28,637 nt of DNA. Source: Candidatus Heimdallarchaeota archaeon. Its GTDB lineage: Archaea > Asgardarchaeota > Heimdallarchaeia > Heimdallarchaeales > Heimdallarchaeaceae. The DNA lies in assembly GCA_016839945.1 (NCBI GenBank), contig JAEOTE010000072.1:1-28637 (forward strand). Reading direction: 5' to 3'. The position numbers and the translations under genes were made by a program. Positions 26,680 through 28,637 of the stretch are shown one piece after another (the first letter of the stretch is position 1; every line of letters begins with the position of its first letter). Below the pieces are notes generated by a model. The model searched no databases, was not told the origin of the DNA, and saw nothing but the letters and a program-made list of their open reading frames with translations.

Positions 26680-26750
26680 CATGGCGTCCTTAGGTTTTTT
26701 CTATCCTGTGTGTATTCACATCTAAGCCGTCTCAATCAGTCATTCGCCAA
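26680..26750. ncRNA. Candidate structured small RNA downstream of rps27ae
   Basis: GC-richer island in an AT-rich gap, with nested inverted repeats TGGCG/CGCCA, CTTAG/CTAAG and TGTG/CACA. Confidence 0.35.
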
Positions 26751-26807
26751 ATAAAATAGATAAGAATTATGTTAAATTTTTCTATTCAAGAAAATATGGA
26801 TAAGATT

Positions 26808-26975
26808 TTATGATGTTTTGCGACCACGTTTGTATATAGTGTAACCGCATTTACCGCAAGTTTGGCGGTCAGGATGTTCAGCCATATAAACTGAATCACC
26901 ACAACGCTCACATACTTTTTTCACGCGTATTACTTTATTACCTTCAATTTTGTATTTTTTATGTGTTGAACTCAT
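26808..26975 (-). CDS. rps27ae: 30S ribosomal protein S27ae (eS31), absent from the ORF track
   Basis: Manual translation: MSSTHKKYKIEGNKVIRVKKVCERCGDSVYMAEHPDRQTCGKCGYTIYKRGRKTS. Zn ribbon present, AGGTGA upstream, follows eS24. Confidence 0.96.
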   Translation of the reverse strand: MSSTHKKYKIEGNKVIRVKKVCERCGDSVYMAEHPDRQTCGKCGYTIYKRGRKTS

Positions 26976-26991
26976 GAAGTTTCACCTTAAT

Positions 26992-27285
26992 TTATTGTTG
27001 TTCTTTTAATATTCCTGATCTCTTGAGTAGATATTCTTTTTCAACTAAAATTGCTCTTTCCGCACTATCATACGCATGAACACGAGCTAAACTTGTTCCT
27101 TCACCGTATTTTGCTTCTAATTTAATAAGAACTACTTGATCTCTTTCTTTATTTAGTAAAGCAGCTAATTTAGATAAGAATTCATCTCTTGTTGGAACAG
27201 GAGCACCAGGATGTTCAATTTTTGCTTCGACTTCTGTTCTTTCTAAGAGTTTGTTTTCAGTCTTTTTAATGATTTCAATCTTCAT
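26992..27285 (-). CDS. rps24e: 30S ribosomal protein S24e (eS24)
   Basis: ENKLLERTEV, HPGAPVPTR, YGEG, AYDS and YLLKR motifs. Confidence 0.95.
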   Translation of the reverse strand: MKIEIIKKTENKLLERTEVEAKIEHPGAPVPTRDEFLSKLAALLNKERDQVVLIKLEAKYGEGTSLARVHAYDSAERAILVEKEYLLKRSGILKEQQ

Positions 27286-27826
27286 CTATTTTCACCATTT
27301 TAAGTAATAATCGTTGCACTTCATCTTTTATTTCTTCTGTGACAGTAACTACTACTAAACCTTCATTTGGTTGTCCATATAAGACTTTTGAATTTAGAGG
27401 AGCTTCGAGTATAACTGGGAGCACCAATAAATCTTCTTCTCCCGCTATTTTTATAATTATTTTGTTTTCGTATATTTCCAAAGAATTGTTTATTTTTTTC
27501 CAAGAGTCTTTAGTAATTGTACCAGTGGGATTTTTCACTTCTTCCACTTTAAATGAATCCAATGCAACGATTTTTGATTCCATACGTTGTACTCGATTAT
27601 CAATAATTGCTAGATCAGGGATTAACAGATTATCAATAAGAAGGTGAGTTGTTACGTCTCCTACGGAGATTATTTTAGGAATAGAAGTATTTCCTTTAAA
27701 AGTCATGATAACTTGTTTTATTTCTTCTTCTGTTCGATAAAGATCACCTAATGGTTGTTTAAAATACTGCCTTTTATCTTCAGGTAAAATATAACCACCA
27801 ATTTCGTTCAAACCCACTAGTTTCAC
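27275..27826 (-). CDS. GTP-dependent dephospho-CoA kinase (DUF359)
   Basis: FKQPLG, SVGDVTT, IIDNRVQR, NPTGTIT, GEEDLLVLP and YGQPNEG motifs; conserved position after spt4. Confidence 0.92.
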   Translation of the reverse strand: MKLVGLNEIGGYILPEDKRQYFKQPLGDLYRTEEEIKQVIMTFKGNTSIPKIISVGDVTTHLLIDNLLIPDLAIIDNRVQRMESKIVALDSFKVEEVKNPTGTITKDSWKKINNSLEIYENKIIIKIAGEEDLLVLPVILEAPLNSKVLYGQPNEGLVVVTVTEEIKDEVQRLLLKMVKIDED

Positions 27827-28011
27827 CGAACACGAAGAGCATAATGCCCCTTATTGCTTATTTTCATTCTTTCCGCAACATCACTATCTTCAGGATTCAG
27901 AATGAATATTTCCCCTGTGTATTCGGAAGAAAGATCTTGTGTTTTACAATTGGGACACATATTAGCAGTTTTTTCAACAATAAGATGACATACACGACAG
28001 GCTTTAGACAA
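27823..28011 (-). CDS. spt4: Transcription elongation factor Spt4 (RpoE'')
   Basis: KACRVC...CPNC...LSSEYTG...PEDSDVA...GHYALRV. Confidence 0.95.
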   Translation of the reverse strand: MSKACRVCHLIVEKTANMCPNCKTQDLSSEYTGEIFILNPEDSDVAERMKISNKGHYALRVR

Positions 28012-28581
28012 TTATGCCGCCTCCTTCACTGGTTTCTTCTTCAAATCGTCTTTCCATTCATCGATCCATTCAAAAGTTCCTAAAGAATCTTGTCTCATGC
28101 TCAATCCAACACGAATATTAGATTTGCCAATACTTACTGCAATGACTCGTGCTCGAACTCGAGTATTTACTAACAAATCTCGTTTAGATTTATCCCCCCT
28201 AAGAACAGCATTTTTGGGGATATATCGGAAATAATCGTCTGCTATTTGAGACACATGGCATAAAGCATCAATTGTGCCAATTCTCACAAAAGCACCAAAA
28301 TCAACACACTCAACAACCTCTCCTGTAACTACTTCATCTACTTCCGGTAAATAGCAGAGTAGTCCAAAATCAGTTTCATAATAAGCACCACCATCCCCAG
28401 AAATAATCTTTCCTTGATAAACCTTAGCAATATCAGTTACTGCTACGATAAAACCTAAATCTGGATCAATCTTCCCTTCGAAGCTTTCTCTCGCAATTTC
28501 TGCGAGAACCTGAACTAGATTTTCATCAAATTTATTTGGTGGAACTCTTAGAGTATCCTTGACTTTAACGCTGTAATACAC
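28012..28581 (-). CDS. rpo7: DNA-directed RNA polymerase subunit Rpo7 (RpoE')
   Basis: LRVPP, GKIISGDGGAYY, S1 domain FGAFVRIGTIDALCHVSQI, VRARV and GLSMRQDSLG motifs. Confidence 0.96.
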   Translation of the reverse strand: MYYSVKVKDTLRVPPNKFDENLVQVLAEIARESFEGKIDPDLGFIVAVTDIAKVYQGKIISGDGGAYYETDFGLLCYLPEVDEVVTGEVVECVDFGAFVRIGTIDALCHVSQIADDYFRYIPKNAVLRGDKSKRDLLVNTRVRARVIAVSIGKSNIRVGLSMRQDSLGTFEWIDEWKDDLKKKPVKEAA

Positions 28582-28588
28582 TATAAAA

Positions 28589-28636
28589 TCATCTCTTCGT
28601 CTTATACATTGCTGGTTCTATTCTAATTGTTTTTAA
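28589..28636 (-). CDS. 3' end of an upstream gene (truncated by the window), product unknown
   Basis: Open frame LKTIRIEPAMYKTKR-stop ending 7 nt before the rpo7 start. Confidence 0.35.
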   Translation of the reverse strand, partial: LKTIRIEPAMYKTKR

Positions 28637-28637
28637 A

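Noticed and set aside
26680-26750. SECIS element
   Set aside because: No helix directly after AUGA and no in-frame TGA selenoprotein candidate nearby.
233-28083. Short antisense or nested ORFs in the track (e.g. 233-427, 1775-1972, 2153-2461, 3191-3484, 9673-9957, 13785-14096, 21998-22342, 23517-23828, 24856-25155, 26159-26494, 27339-27647, 27844-28083)
   Set aside because: Shadows of well-supported genes, rich in Ser/Phe/Ile/Leu as expected for the antisense of Lys/Glu-rich coding DNA.
1-28637. CRISPR array, transposon, provirus, tRNA or rRNA
   Set aside because: No spaced direct repeats, transposase, integrase or capsid ORFs, cloverleaf or long GC-rich structured tract seen by eye.

Overview
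AT-rich archaeal chromosomal window, most likely from an Asgard archaeon (probably Heimdallarchaeia). This assignment is inferred from archaeal information-processing genes occurring together with a Rab-like GTPase, a roadblock protein and a WD40 protein. Most of the window is housekeeping: IleRS 3' end, RNase P proteins, eS6, TFB, an ITPase-uS15-GAN/Cdc45-Pcc1-eS1 operon, an Obg/YchF-family GTPase, GlmU, a radical SAM enzyme, EndoV, EndoIII, TpiA and a Rpo7-Spt4-DUF359-eS24-eS31 operon. No mobile element, CRISPR array, tRNA or rRNA was seen. The best candidate for an undescribed system is at 22.4-25.2 kb: a roadblock/MglB protein with a Pro-rich linker and C-terminal helix, a catalytically dead KaiC/RecA-fold protein and a coiled-coil-wHTH protein form an operon that converges on a Rab-like GTPase. 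Nearby is a roughly 770-aa TrmB-wHTH / 11-residue-repeat rod / PLD-like protein. Also found: an unannotated box C/D guide RNA (about 877-945), a second structured ncRNA candidate (about 26680-26750), a palindrome-rich intergenic region (17.95-18.15 kb), a GAN/Cdc45 orthologue that appears nuclease-dead, and eS31, which the ORF track missed. All calls are from reading the sequence; no searches were run.
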